DNA from: a virus
Taxonomy: Duplodnaviria > Caudoviricetes
Virus record (IMG/VR): IMGVR_UViG_3300012231_000034
Span: 1 to 32,473 of that record
Strand: one strand, 5' to 3'
DNA: 32,473 bases
The notes under the pieces were generated by a model, which was not told the DNA's origin, did no database searches, and saw only the letters and a program-made list of their open reading frames with translations. Each line of letters opens with the position of its first letter. Within the stretch, counting starts at the first letter, position 1. The translations under genes and the position numbers were made by a program. Shown here one piece after another: positions 8,382 through 18,900 of the stretch.

Positions 8382-9632
8382 TCATTTTATTTTATACCTC
8401 TTTTTCAATTGTTTGATGGTTAATATTCTGCTGTTAGTTGACAAGTCTTTTAGTTCAAGTTCTCCGGATTGATATAACTCGTATCGTGTTTTGCCGAGTA
8501 TTTCTTTCTTAACTTCACTTGATTGTTTTTGAAACCAGTCCTGAAAAGTAATTCTTGCTGGAATCGCCCCACCCATTGTGGCACGAAATCCGATTGGGGC
8601 ATCTTTGATATTAACACCAAGTTCCCTCCAAGACTTAACCACAGGACTACGTAGACAACGACAATTAGGATGAGTATCGTCAATAGGCTGAGGGCCGACG
8701 CCAACAGCAAAGTATTTACCATCAAGGTTAAAACATTGTATGCAAACGTCTGTATCGAATGTTGCCATCCATACTTCACCTTTGATGATGTCCTTGTTGT
8801 TTCCATATAACTCCTTATTAGACCTAGCTGAAGCACGTTGAATTTCTGTACGAGCCAACATAGCTGCGCCTCCAGCTACATCCTTACTCAGTATACCACG
8901 TATGTTTGTTGCGATTGGCTTGATGCCTTTCCCCTGTAACAAGCCAGAAACTATCATCGACTCCACTTTATCAAGAGCCTTACCATAACGCTTGCGTAAT
9001 GCAGCATTATGCTTAGCTCCACCTAGAACGATACTCACCAATCGCTCTAACGGCATCTCATCAGTGATTATTATACCTCCTTTCAATTTAGCTGCGACGC
9101 TTGGCGGAAATGTCTTACGAATCACATCTGCAACAATCTTTGGCTCCATAGTAGCCACTTGTAGAACAGCAGCCCGTATAGCAGCATTGACGACACTTAA
9201 CTCTCCACTCATCCTTGCATTTATCTCACGAACCAAATAGTCAGCTATTCTATTCACACCATCTACCGTTAATGGTGACTTAGCTTTTGGCTTCTTAGCT
9301 TCCATAATATTTACTGACGTCAACGCAACTGCAACCTCAGATGATTCTTTTATTGGCGTAGCCGACGGCTGTACGCGCGCGTCACTTAACAACGTCATCA
9401 ATTCCAAGTTCTTATCGTTCAACAGAGAATCTATCATAGCAAATACAGCTTTGAACCTTGACGTCACAAATCTTATGAGTCCATTCTCTACACCAGCTAA
9501 ATGATATCTATACAGCATAATGCCATCAAATATCTTAGCATTAACATCTTTTGTTTTTTCTACGCCATACTCCTTCCTAGCTGGAAGGCGACTTACAGTT
9601 GGTGATTCTAATAGCGTCGTATATGACATCAT
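8382..9632 (-). CDS. Phage head morphogenesis protein (MuF/SPP1 gp7 family)
   Basis: 416 aa. ARTEIQRA...WMATFDTDVCIQCFNLDG...THPNCRC, then the RATMGG...TFQDWF...EILGKTRYELY tail. Confidence 0.9.
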   Translation of the reverse strand: MMSYTTLLESPTVSRLPARKEYGVEKTKDVNAKIFDGIMLYRYHLAGVENGLIRFVTSRFKAVFAMIDSLLNDKNLELMTLLSDARVQPSATPIKESSEVAVALTSVNIMEAKKPKAKSPLTVDGVNRIADYLVREINARMSGELSVVNAAIRAAVLQVATMEPKIVADVIRKTFPPSVAAKLKGGIIITDEMPLERLVSIVLGGAKHNAALRKRYGKALDKVESMIVSGLLQGKGIKPIATNIRGILSKDVAGGAAMLARTEIQRASARSNKELYGNNKDIIKGEVWMATFDTDVCIQCFNLDGKYFAVGVGPQPIDDTHPNCRCLRSPVVKSWRELGVNIKDAPIGFRATMGGAIPARITFQDWFQKQSSEVKKEILGKTRYELYQSGELELKDLSTNSRILTIKQLKKRYKIK

Positions 9633-9633
9633 A

Positions 9634-9867
9634 TCACCTCTTTTGCTTTCTCCACTTACGCATGTATTCGCTTTTCTTTTGCTTACCTTCTAAATTCTCT
9701 AAAGCACGCCAACGCCATGCAACAATTCTATCAATCTCTGCAATTCTCGATTCTATAAAAGACATTCTTATAGCCTTAGTACGTTGTGATTCTATATCCT
9801 GCTGGCTGTCGGTATCTGTTATCGCAGCCTCTCTAGCCAATCTGTTTAAAGTTCTAAGCCTGTTCAT
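9634..9867 (-). CDS. Hypothetical basic helical protein
   Basis: 77-aa ORF packed between neighbours on the coding strand. Confidence 0.55.
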   Translation of the reverse strand: MNRLRTLNRLAREAAITDTDSQQDIESQRTKAIRMSFIESRIAEIDRIVAWRWRALENLEGKQKKSEYMRKWRKQKR

Positions 9868-10339
9868 CCACGTATTTTATCTTTCTCTCATACTTCCTAA
9901 CCGTCACTAGCTTAGCTCCATGTAGACAATCCATGCATACCTTAGCACGTATCATCACATTGATGCCTTGCCTTATAATTGGATATAGCATCTTTAGTTT
10001 CTGCTTTCTACATACCGTACAGAACAACTTATCCTTAAGACGCAAACTAGAATCCAATCTAAAGAAACAATCATGTCTTGGATTACCGCCATTTAACTTC
10101 TTACCGCACTCAACACACATGGCTTTCTGCGACACATAAACAAACAGATGGTTTGCTGTTTTCTTACCGACGCCAGGCCTTCTTATATTCTTCATCCACC
10201 TCTGATTCCTAGACAATCTGAAACGGCTTCTACTAGGTTCAGCTTTAATGCACGATGAACAATATATTTTTTCCCAATATATCTTACGCTTGCACGCAGG
10301 ACATTTATGAGAGAAGGCCGGTCTTACTGACTTACTCAT
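9854..10339 (-). CDS. Basic multi-CxxC (zinc-binding) hypothetical protein
   Basis: 161 aa with CPAC, CSSC, CVEC, CTVC and CMDC pairs. Confidence 0.6.
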   Translation of the reverse strand: MSKSVRPAFSHKCPACKRKIYWEKIYCSSCIKAEPSRSRFRLSRNQRWMKNIRRPGVGKKTANHLFVYVSQKAMCVECGKKLNGGNPRHDCFFRLDSSLRLKDKLFCTVCRKQKLKMLYPIIRQGINVMIRAKVCMDCLHGAKLVTVRKYERKIKYVDEQA

Positions 10340-10342
10340 TAC

Positions 10343-10750
10343 TCATCCATTTTCTTCAGGACCGACATACAATTGTTGAATTATTTTAGACAGGTCACCA
10401 CCAAGCGCCTTATCAGCAGCAATCAACTTCACAAACTGACCTGGTTCTTCTAAAATCCACTTCGCTATAGCTTTCTTTATCGCTGAAGGGCTGCCGTTCC
10501 ATTCATGATCCTCACCTTCATAATTGCATACAGGACATACACACTTTATCTTCACTTCTGGGTCTAACAAAGTTATTTCTACTGGTTCTACCATAACGTA
10601 TGTCAATTCCAACGTTGGTGGTGTCCTAGGTGAAGGTTGTTCTATCTTAACGCTTGTAGACCATTTAGATATGTTCTCACCATTCTTAGTCATGACTTCT
10701 ACAGATGGGTCTGTTGATAGTATGAACTTATATTCATCCGACATTGTCAT
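10343..10750 (-). CDS. Hypothetical protein with one CxxC
   Basis: 135 aa, CPVC; RBS GGGAG. Confidence 0.6.
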   Translation of the reverse strand: MTMSDEYKFILSTDPSVEVMTKNGENISKWSTSVKIEQPSPRTPPTLELTYVMVEPVEITLLDPEVKIKCVCPVCNYEGEDHEWNGSPSAIKKAIAKWILEEPGQFVKLIAADKALGGDLSKIIQQLYVGPEENG

Positions 10751-11489
10751 CTCCCTGCCAATCTAAAGCACTCCAATCTTTACCTTGCCAACTACTACAC
10801 TCATGAAATCTATCATCAAACAATAGTGATTGCCTTCCCACATGCTGAACGAAGCTTGGGACAGAAGATAGAAAAAATCCATTCTCACCATAAGTTTCTA
10901 TATGCCACTTCTTCATTTCCATATCGTATCCAGACGTACCATACGGAAGATCAATTAAATATCTTCCAAGACGCATAGCATCAAATGAACGTATTGCAAA
11001 CGCTTGAGTACCATAAAATTTATTAACTGGGTACTCCCATGTGCGCTGTTTGTTTTTGAACGCTACCTCAATCTCCCTATATGGGGTGTATAACATGTAT
11101 GCATGACGATCTTCTCGCGCTTGCCTCAACAACCACATTTCAACACCTTGAAAGAAGTCTTTACACACCAATATATCATCCTCCAAGAATAATACCCAAT
11201 CGGCTTTACTTTGAGTACCACCATGAAGCAATGCTCTACCAGCGTTCACATTAGGAGGCATATCAAAACTTGAAGACGTGTGAAGTGTAAATAAATCTGG
11301 ATGATACTCGCCTAGTCGTAAATATCTAAGTGAAATCGACCCGCCATCAAACACATCAAACTGAAACGATACTATTCTACTCTCGAACATTCCTGACTCT
11401 ACCAAACTATTTAACGTAGCAGCAAAATAATTCTGCCTACCCTTCTCTGATCTATCCTTCGTAATCATCACTACCGCAATATGCATCAC
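10734..11489 (-). CDS. Glycosyltransferase, GT-A fold (GT2-like)
   Basis: 251 aa. N-terminal IAVVMIT; WVLFLEDDI (DxD-type); PSFVQHVG. Confidence 0.8.
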   Translation of the reverse strand: MMHIAVVMITKDRSEKGRQNYFAATLNSLVESGMFESRIVSFQFDVFDGGSISLRYLRLGEYHPDLFTLHTSSSFDMPPNVNAGRALLHGGTQSKADWVLFLEDDILVCKDFFQGVEMWLLRQAREDRHAYMLYTPYREIEVAFKNKQRTWEYPVNKFYGTQAFAIRSFDAMRLGRYLIDLPYGTSGYDMEMKKWHIETYGENGFFLSSVPSFVQHVGRQSLLFDDRFHECSSWQGKDWSALDWQGDDNVG

Positions 11490-11495
11490 CCCTCC

Positions 11496-11684
11496 TCACT
11501 TCGGCTTCATTACATTCTGAATCATAAGTTGATAGATTTGTATGTTCATCTCTTCACTACGGACATTTTCCAATAGCGCAGCCGTTGACTTCAATGCTGC
11601 TACTTTCTCTGTGCCATCCACCTTCTTCTCCTCTAAGAACTTTAGTATCTCAAGCTGTAATCTACCAACATCAGAAGCATTCAT
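11496..11684 (-). CDS. Hypothetical protein
   Basis: 62 aa; ATGA overlap with the GT10 gene. Confidence 0.55.
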   Translation of the reverse strand: MNASDVGRLQLEILKFLEEKKVDGTEKVAALKSTAALLENVRSEEMNIQIYQLMIQNVMKPK

Positions 11685-12589
11685 CCAAATATCCCTCTCA
11701 TAAAGTCAATATAAAATTCGTCACTATACTGATCCGGTATCTTGTTGTTACGAAACGGTGGTGCATTCAAATGCAAATTATACAACTTATCACTATTGTC
11801 TACAGCACGAATATAATCTATAGCCGATAAATGATCATCAAAATTATCAACGCATATAAACGCTTCAGGATTGAATAAATTATCAACATCAGGATTGCCT
11901 GAATAAATCGGTACACTTCTAGCTACTAATGGATCAGACAACTTCTCTGTTGTGTATCCTGGGAAATAATTATTCTCAAATGCTATGCTAAACTTATGCT
12001 TCGACTGAAACGCTTGCTTCGCTAGGTATCCAGGACCATCATATCCAGTACCAACTAGATCATTACAATTCCTATCTACAGCACCGGCACAGTCTACCCA
12101 ACGGTAATGTTTTAGCAAGCTACAGAAATAACGACGTACCATACTGTTACCATTAGAGTATATAAAATCACAGAACCTTGTTTTCTCAGGCGGTGGACTA
12201 TCATCACGTATCAATGACTTCCACCCATCGTTGTATAAATTCAACATCAGTAGAGGCTGAGGAAAATACGCATGGTTCTTTCTAGGATTCTTAGACGCGC
12301 ACGTCAACCCGTAATGATAGAACCCAAGTTCATACACTCCAGGCGCCATCTTACCACCTTCTTCAAAATGATCCCCTGCCTCGCCTGATATTAACACACG
12401 CACAGCATTAGGTGCTTGCTTCTGCACATAACCGTACACGCTATATAGCATGAAGTCTACATCATCGTCCTGCCGTACAGTGATGTTATAGAACGGTTTG
12501 AGGAACGGAAACATTCTGAAGAAGTATTCAGCTGTGAATCCACCAGAGTTTCCCCAGAAATTACTGAATCCAAGTGAAATTTTCTTCAT
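11681..12589 (-). CDS. Alpha-1,3-fucosyltransferase-like glycosyltransferase (GT10)
   Basis: 302 aa. KTRFCDFIYSN; KFSIAFENNYFPGYTTEKLSD...VPIYSG...FNPEAFI is the GT10 fucosyltransferase motif. Confidence 0.9.
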   Translation of the reverse strand: MKKISLGFSNFWGNSGGFTAEYFFRMFPFLKPFYNITVRQDDDVDFMLYSVYGYVQKQAPNAVRVLISGEAGDHFEEGGKMAPGVYELGFYHYGLTCASKNPRKNHAYFPQPLLMLNLYNDGWKSLIRDDSPPPEKTRFCDFIYSNGNSMVRRYFCSLLKHYRWVDCAGAVDRNCNDLVGTGYDGPGYLAKQAFQSKHKFSIAFENNYFPGYTTEKLSDPLVARSVPIYSGNPDVDNLFNPEAFICVDNFDDHLSAIDYIRAVDNSDKLYNLHLNAPPFRNNKIPDQYSDEFYIDFMRGIFG

Positions 12590-12807
12590 AGCTTCACGTG
12601 ATCTCCATTACATAGCACATGCATATAATAACTATCATAAGCACCACCATTTTCATTCTTGAATTGAGCACAATACGGATGATCATAATACAACTTACCA
12701 CATACTGAACATTCACAATCTCCACCTGCACGATACCAGTCTTTACCACCTTCAGGACAACCTTCCTTATGCGTTATGTTCATCGGTGGCTGCATAGCCG
12801 GACTCAT
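12586..12807 (-). CDS. Small Cys/His-rich hypothetical protein
   Basis: Start moved to 12807 (ATGA overlap). RAGGDCECSVCGKLYYDHP...LCNGDHVKL. Confidence 0.6.
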   Translation of the reverse strand: MSPAMQPPMNITHKEGCPEGGKDWYRAGGDCECSVCGKLYYDHPYCAQFKNENGGAYDSYYMHVLCNGDHVKL

Positions 12808-13049
12808 GACGCATTCTCCAATATACAATCTAAACATACTATCGTACAGTTGTAACCTGCCTCATTGTATGCTCTCACCCCACGTGGCAATATGCTGTGT
12901 GATCTAATGAACCTTTCATCTTTTGGCTTAATCATATGCTTACACGCTTCATTATAATCACAATCCGAATAATTTTCTATGATCTGCCACCTCATACCTT
13001 CCACCACCTCACCTCTCTCAACCTCTTTGATTACAGTTCCTTCACTCAT
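12804..13049 (-). CDS. Small hypothetical protein with Cys pairs
   Basis: Start moved to ATG 13049 (RBS GAGGG, just after the FkbM stop). NEAGYNCTIVCLDC. Confidence 0.6.
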   Translation of the reverse strand: MSEGTVIKEVERGEVVEGMRWQIIENYSDCDYNEACKHMIKPKDERFIRSHSILPRGVRAYNEAGYNCTIVCLDCILENAS

Positions 13050-13050
13050 A

Positions 13051-13716
13051 TCACGCCCTCTTAAAGATCGTATTGATTCCGTCTTTGTATATCTTCTCAT
13101 ACTCATTACGCTCAAAATATGGATTGGCGAACTCTCTAACCTCTTTCGATAGTGGGTTTGGATGATCGTTATCCTCATGCAATTCTATGATGACTAGCTT
13201 CGGCCGCCAATAGTCAAGATGAAATCCTTCTAGTACATCGATCTCTCCGAAGTCAACATCTATCACAAGTAGATCAAAACTCTTAGGGCACATAGTACAC
13301 GACAATATCGTATCCAACTTTAGAGCATTCACCATGAACTCTTCTGGTTGAGAATCTACTTTCTGACATATTTCTAATGCTGCTTGGAAATTAGATGTTG
13401 CCGTTTTCCAAGCAGGTATCATCCAAAGCGGTCGCTTTCCGTTTATTTTACTTGCTGCTGAATTAAATACAGTAACACCAGTATTAGCATAATGTCTCTT
13501 ACGACACTTCTCTGCTAATGCCTTTACTGGTTCTACATAGATGCCATCCCAACCTATATCAGCTAACCCACAAGTATTAGAATAATCCTGACCGTTAGAC
13601 GCTCCTACTTCTACAAACCATCCATTCTTCTTGTTGATTCCAAAAGCATCCTCATATATCCTATTTAAATCTTCTGCTCGGAACTGGCAATTGTTTGCGA
13701 ATTGATACATCATCAT
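13051..13716 (-). CDS. FkbM-family SAM-dependent methyltransferase
   Basis: FVEVGASNG...SNT...GWDGIYVEP; FDLLVIDVDFGEIDVLEG; PKLVIIE. Confidence 0.88.
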   Translation of the reverse strand: MMMYQFANNCQFRAEDLNRIYEDAFGINKKNGWFVEVGASNGQDYSNTCGLADIGWDGIYVEPVKALAEKCRKRHYANTGVTVFNSAASKINGKRPLWMIPAWKTATSNFQAALEICQKVDSQPEEFMVNALKLDTILSCTMCPKSFDLLVIDVDFGEIDVLEGFHLDYWRPKLVIIELHEDNDHPNPLSKEVREFANPYFERNEYEKIYKDGINTIFKRA

Positions 13717-13961
13717 CCTCCAATCTCATAGAACTCACCTCTCCACCTCTCATGATACATTTTACAGTAGCCGCAATACCTATGTTTCACATCGCTCATA
13801 CTGTAGCTGGTTTTATTGCACCTCAAACACTTAATGTATGGGGCGTACTGGCCGACTCCACCAATCTCATACGTGACATCACTACCAGCATTTACAATCG
13901 GTGGGAGAGGCAGTTGCCTCTGCGGTATCAGATTCTTTATAAGTTCTGTTATTAGTTTCAC
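13713..13961 (-). CDS. Small zinc-ribbon-like protein
   Basis: 82 aa; IKCLRCNKTSY...RYCGYCKMYH. Confidence 0.6.
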   Translation of the reverse strand: MKLITELIKNLIPQRQLPLPPIVNAGSDVTYEIGGVGQYAPYIKCLRCNKTSYSMSDVKHRYCGYCKMYHERWRGEFYEIGG

Positions 13962-13964
13962 ACA

Positions 13965-14612
13965 TCACCCCTCCTTCGGATAAATATAAATTACACCTCT
14001 TGTAGCACCATCTGCTTTCTCGTTGTAGTGATAGCCGTATCCTCTTGGATAAATATCGTTTAGTAAGTTCTGAATGAGTTCATGGCTTAATGGTTCAAAC
14101 CCTTTACCCCAGTCACCACCATTATAACCAAAATCTTTTCCTGGTACTTGAAAATCATGTATAACGATTATACAAAAGTCCTTACAAGTCTCACTGTATT
14201 GTATCTGATCCAGTTCCTCAAGCAATGGATTGACATTAGAACCATTAGCTCCACCGCCATGTGCATCTAAGTAGAATAGGACTGGGATACCAATCCATTC
14301 TAAATGATTATGAACATGCGTAGCATCATCAATAACATCAACAAGACACTTAGATGAATCTCCAAATACGGTCTTCACACGCGGTAAACTTTGCAATTCC
14401 TCCAATGCGTCTCTACCGAACTCTTCTGTGAGGTGCTCCCACGTAGAATCTATAGTGATAACATGAGGACCCATCTTTGCAAACTCTCTAGTAGTGTGAG
14501 CTGACCATGTACCAGTCTCTATGATCGTCTTGACTTTCCACTTCTCAATAAGCTTACGGATTTCTGGTCCAATATAAGTATCCCCATTAAACGGTATATG
14601 TTGCGGTGTCAT
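13965..14612 (-). CDS. Class I SAM-dependent methyltransferase-like protein
   Basis: Start likely ATG 14612 (RBS AAGGAG). IIETGT...VITID...GDS...LFYLDAH...PLLEEL...IVIHDF. Confidence 0.75.
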   Translation of the reverse strand: MTPQHIPFNGDTYIGPEIRKLIEKWKVKTIIETGTWSAHTTREFAKMGPHVITIDSTWEHLTEEFGRDALEELQSLPRVKTVFGDSSKCLVDVIDDATHVHNHLEWIGIPVLFYLDAHGGGANGSNVNPLLEELDQIQYSETCKDFCIIVIHDFQVPGKDFGYNGGDWGKGFEPLSHELIQNLLNDIYPRGYGYHYNEKADGATRGVIYIYPKEG

Positions 14613-14650
14613 TATGTCTCCTTGCGTTCTATCATACGTAACCAAGCCTC

Positions 14651-15331
14651 CTACCACTCCCCAAATCTAAATACTGGAAAGGCATTATCTATAATTATCA
14701 TCGAAGTTTTAGTTCCCATAATCTGCTCCGGCTTATCCTCATCATAGCTCTCTAACAACTCCATAGCCTTAACGCAAATTTCTATGTTCTTGTCAAACGT
14801 AAGCATTCCAATAGTTATCTCATTTATCTTTGTATCGATAACGTAATGCCATAGATTGTCATCACTGCCCTTTCTCCTATTACCTTTGACAGCCTTCCTA
14901 CGCTTTTTGAGTTTTACATCACTCCTACGTTCTTTCAACAGTTCAATAGCTTTTCTAGCCTGATCCCTATCCTTTACAAACTTTACTCGGTCTTCAATTA
15001 TTTTACTTCTCACCAAGTCAAGTATGTTAGACTTAACATGAACTCTACCATTCAATGCTGAAGAGAACTTAGTTATGATTAGATCACGAGCCTCACTCGT
15101 CAAGTTATCGACAATTGGTTCTTCACCACCCTTATCATACGTCAATCGCTTTACTGGATCACTTAGACAATCATACGCTTTATTCAGTTCAGCCATCTCA
15201 TCCTTATCACCACCAACATCTGGATGAGCACTCGATGCCTTCTTTCTAAACGCCCGCTTTATCTCGTCCTGAGAAGCTGCTCTATTCACCCCAAGCTTCT
15301 CATAGAACGATTCTTTGTTAGCCACGATCAT
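14651..15331 (-). CDS. J-domain (DnaJ-like) protein
   Basis: FYEKLGV...EIKRAFRKKASSAHPDVGG...LNKAYDCLSDPVKRLTYD is an intact J domain with HPD. Start likely 15331 (ATGA overlap). Confidence 0.9.
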   Translation of the reverse strand: MIVANKESFYEKLGVNRAASQDEIKRAFRKKASSAHPDVGGDKDEMAELNKAYDCLSDPVKRLTYDKGGEEPIVDNLTSEARDLIITKFSSALNGRVHVKSNILDLVRSKIIEDRVKFVKDRDQARKAIELLKERRSDVKLKKRRKAVKGNRRKGSDDNLWHYVIDTKINEITIGMLTFDKNIEICVKAMELLESYDEDKPEQIMGTKTSMIIIDNAFPVFRFGEW

Positions 15332-15912
15332 CCCTCCTTCACATAAGTCCATATACTACCACCAGGTATCAATCGTACTCCTTTCAACCTTTCACTTACA
15401 GCCTTGTTCACCCCTTCATGCCAGTAGTCGTGGCCGCTGAGCAATCCACCTACTCTCAACAACGGTAGATATGCCTCGATCTCCTTCTTGGTAGTCTCAT
15501 ACAGATGACTACTATCTAAGAACACCCAATCAACTGCATCAGCATAGAACGGTTTCAACTTATATGCTGCTTCTATGCTATCATATCGTCGTACAACTAT
15601 TGTGCCATCATCTATGTAACTCTTCAAGTTATTCTTAAACTGCACGTATGCATCTTGTGCATTAACCCAACCATCTGATACTGTCTCTGATGGGTTGCTA
15701 CCATATAAATCTTCCCAGGCGTCTACACAATACAGTATTGAACCTGCCTGCATGTGCTCTGCTATAGCCATCGTCGATCTACCACACCAAGAGCCTACCT
15801 CTACTATCAATGCGCTATCTTCTACACACTTCTGAGCTGTCTCTGCTAACCATGTTAACTCTGGCTCATTCATCCACCCGCTTATCGGTAATGCCTTGCT
15901 TATATCTATCAT
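15328..15912 (-). CDS. Class I SAM-dependent methyltransferase (Methyltransf_24-like)
   Basis: IVEVGSWCGRST...YCVDAW...DWVFLDSSHLYE...LRVGGLLSGHDY...GVNKAV. Confidence 0.9.
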   Translation of the reverse strand: MIDISKALPISGWMNEPELTWLAETAQKCVEDSALIVEVGSWCGRSTMAIAEHMQAGSILYCVDAWEDLYGSNPSETVSDGWVNAQDAYVQFKNNLKSYIDDGTIVVRRYDSIEAAYKLKPFYADAVDWVFLDSSHLYETTKKEIEAYLPLLRVGGLLSGHDYWHEGVNKAVSERLKGVRLIPGGSIWTYVKEG

Positions 15913-15917
15913 ACTTA

Positions 15918-15938
15918 CCTCCTACTATATATAACGCT
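15918..15938 (-). repeat. 21-nt motif AGCGTTATATATAGTAGGAGG, copy 1 (includes RBS)
   Basis: 20/21 identical to 22075-22095; both copies are intergenic. Confidence 0.75.
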
Positions 15939-15943
15939 TTTCG

Positions 15944-18900
15944 CTATTTGATCTCAGCGGGATCAAAGGCACCGATGGCACATGCACCAGAACATGGAAG
16001 GCTAACATCAATACCACCATTCTTCATAGGAGAAGCTGATTGTAATCGAAAATCATTTGCACCTTCGTTTATAAACATCGGATCAGCAGTTGTCGAAATA
16101 CCAATTCCTGAGCTATCTCCACGATTATTACTAGCCGTGTATGACGAACTATCATATGCAACTAGATTTGCACCGTTGCCCTTACAAATATTGTTACGAT
16201 AATCCCCGCCATTACTATTATGCCAAGATATACAATCCCTTCCATTGTTCACGATAGTATTATTCCACACCTTGCAATTAGTTGCACCATTACCGCAAGC
16301 TATGCCACCTCCATTTACATGGCCATAAACCACATTATTATGTGCTTTTATGTTATCGCCGGAACCAAGGACCATACCTGCAAAGAAATTTACTGATGTA
16401 TCCAACGCATTATTAAAGACTTCCATGTAACGGTATGTATTGTTACCATTACTCCCCCACACGCAATTCGGATTATTTCCACAATTCAAATAGTTATGGA
16501 CACAGTATCCAGCTATATTGTAACACTTAACTCGCTCTACAAGATTATAAGAACCTGTCATGTACCAACCATATCCTGAACCTGAAGCAAATTTCCCACC
16601 ACAATTATTTATGACTGTATCATGATAACTGCCACCTATAAATTCACTGTAATGTCCTCCCCATCCGACAAGTACACAGTTAGCATTACGCACTTCAACA
16701 TTTAAAAATCTAATGTAACTAACAGTTGTGTTTCCGTTAACTACTCCATCACAAGCTGAACCACAATCAGTACCATCAAGAATTAAATTCTCTACAATGA
16801 CGTATTTTGTAGGGACAGTAAAAGTAAATGCGCCACTAAATAGTCCATTTGGCTTCAATATTACCACTTCATTGTTATACGGCTTAAATGTTAATGCATC
16901 TCCCCAAGATGTACCGGATGGTAATACAGACTGAGACCAAGCATTCCCAATATACCCACTTGATATTCCATCATTGTAAGTGCCGCCTCTTATTTGAACC
17001 TGATCGCCGCGACCACCAACTACACAATATCCAGCACCATTACCCTTAACAAAGATAGTTGCTTTCGGCGTGTTTACATTTTGTGCCTGTTCACAAGTAT
17101 GACTATCATTACCGTTTGTTGCTACATAATAAATCTTACCTGTAGTAGATGGTGGTAACGGAGGTGGAATAGACGGAGGTGGTACGACAGGTGCAATAAT
17201 AGATTCATATGCGCCGATATCCCAGGCTGACCCCTGCGGCCTTTCTATACCAACAATATCCACATTGTATGGCGAACCTAAAGCACCACCAGTATTTAGC
17301 GCGGGCGACAAACCTGAACAAGTAGGATACGGCGCGCCAGCAGCAGTACATAGCCGATAATCATTAGCAGCTACGTTTGCGAACCTAGGATCACCACTCA
17401 GAGCACAACCTGTACCAGCATTAGTACAAAAGTTATTGCCGAAGGTCGGTGTCTGAACACTATGTGAATCTACAAAATCACCAACACCATTTTGGTATGC
17501 AATATTATTGCTAATACGAGTGCTGCTTCCTGTACCCCAAACTATACCTCCATAAGATGTCTTTGTAGTATTATTTCCGTACACTACGTTATTGTAAATT
17601 TTTGAATTTGTCGCTCCATTAGAAGTTGCTATGCCGTCACCACCATTTCGGTAAACAAGATTCCCATACGCCTGATTGTTATCCCCTGAACCAAGTAGAA
17701 TTGCTGACGTAACAGTCGTATTGATGTTCTTCAGTGTGCCGTTGTTATAAAGCGTACTGAATTGGACGACGTTACGGTCAGGCAATTGCGGATAGGCACT
17801 AAAGATATGAAACCCAAAAGCTGAATTATCCCGCACCGTAACATGGTCAAATAAATTATCGTCGCCCGAAACATAGAAAGCATACGCGCCTTGATCCGCA
17901 CTATGAACAGTACCACCAATCCATTCATTGTGGTGAGTCCATCGGTTAAACTCAACGATATTAAACGAAGTCCCAGCACCCGAAGCATCTATATTGGTAA
18001 AGCGAATATGATGACCAGCATTACTACCATCCCCAAACGTCGAACCAACCCAAATACTATTGGTGGTAATTTTCAAATCCTGAAACTTCACATAGGATGG
18101 ACCTTCTAAAGCGATACCACCAGTAAGAGTAACCGTCTCACCGGAGTAAGCACGGATAGTCGCCGCATTGTCAAAGGACGTACCAGAAACCACACTGGTG
18201 ATAGCATCGCTATATGTACCTGCTCGAATATTTACGATGTCACCTCTAGCAGGAACGAGACAAGACAATACACCACTACCACCTATGAGATTTAGCTTTG
18301 GAGTAGAAATGTTTTGTGCAGCAGCGCAACTATTAGAATCACTACCAGTAGTCGATATATAGAATTGTATCGGAGCAGCAGGTGGTACAACAGGAGTTTT
18401 AATATTGTTCGTCACCGGCTGATTAGTGATGGCCGCTGATGTTGCTAGATCACTAATCCATGCATCACCAATCTCACCAGTATTTTTGAACGCTGCGGCC
18501 GAACATGATAAGAGAGGCACATCATCACTATCGGCGTTACCTGATAACGTGAAATCTATAGTGTTCAATCCAACTACCGCACTGGCGGTAATCGTTCTAG
18601 CAGGAGTCATTCCAGACAGAGTACAGAGCGCATGGTTCACTGCGGCGATTCTAGTTGTGTTACCAACCATTTCTGCACCATCTATTGCAGCTCTACTTGC
18701 GTTAGTAAGCACAATACGTATTTTATTAACTGCTACTAAACCTACTTCCGCAGTAGCTATCACTGGCCTTACTGCTATACCACCAATAATACGTTGAACC
18801 TCACTGTTACAAAATGACTGAGCTAAGTTAAGCGAAGTGCCGGAAGTAAGCGCCTCAAGCGTACCGCCATCCTCATCAGTGATCGTACCGGAAGTATTAC

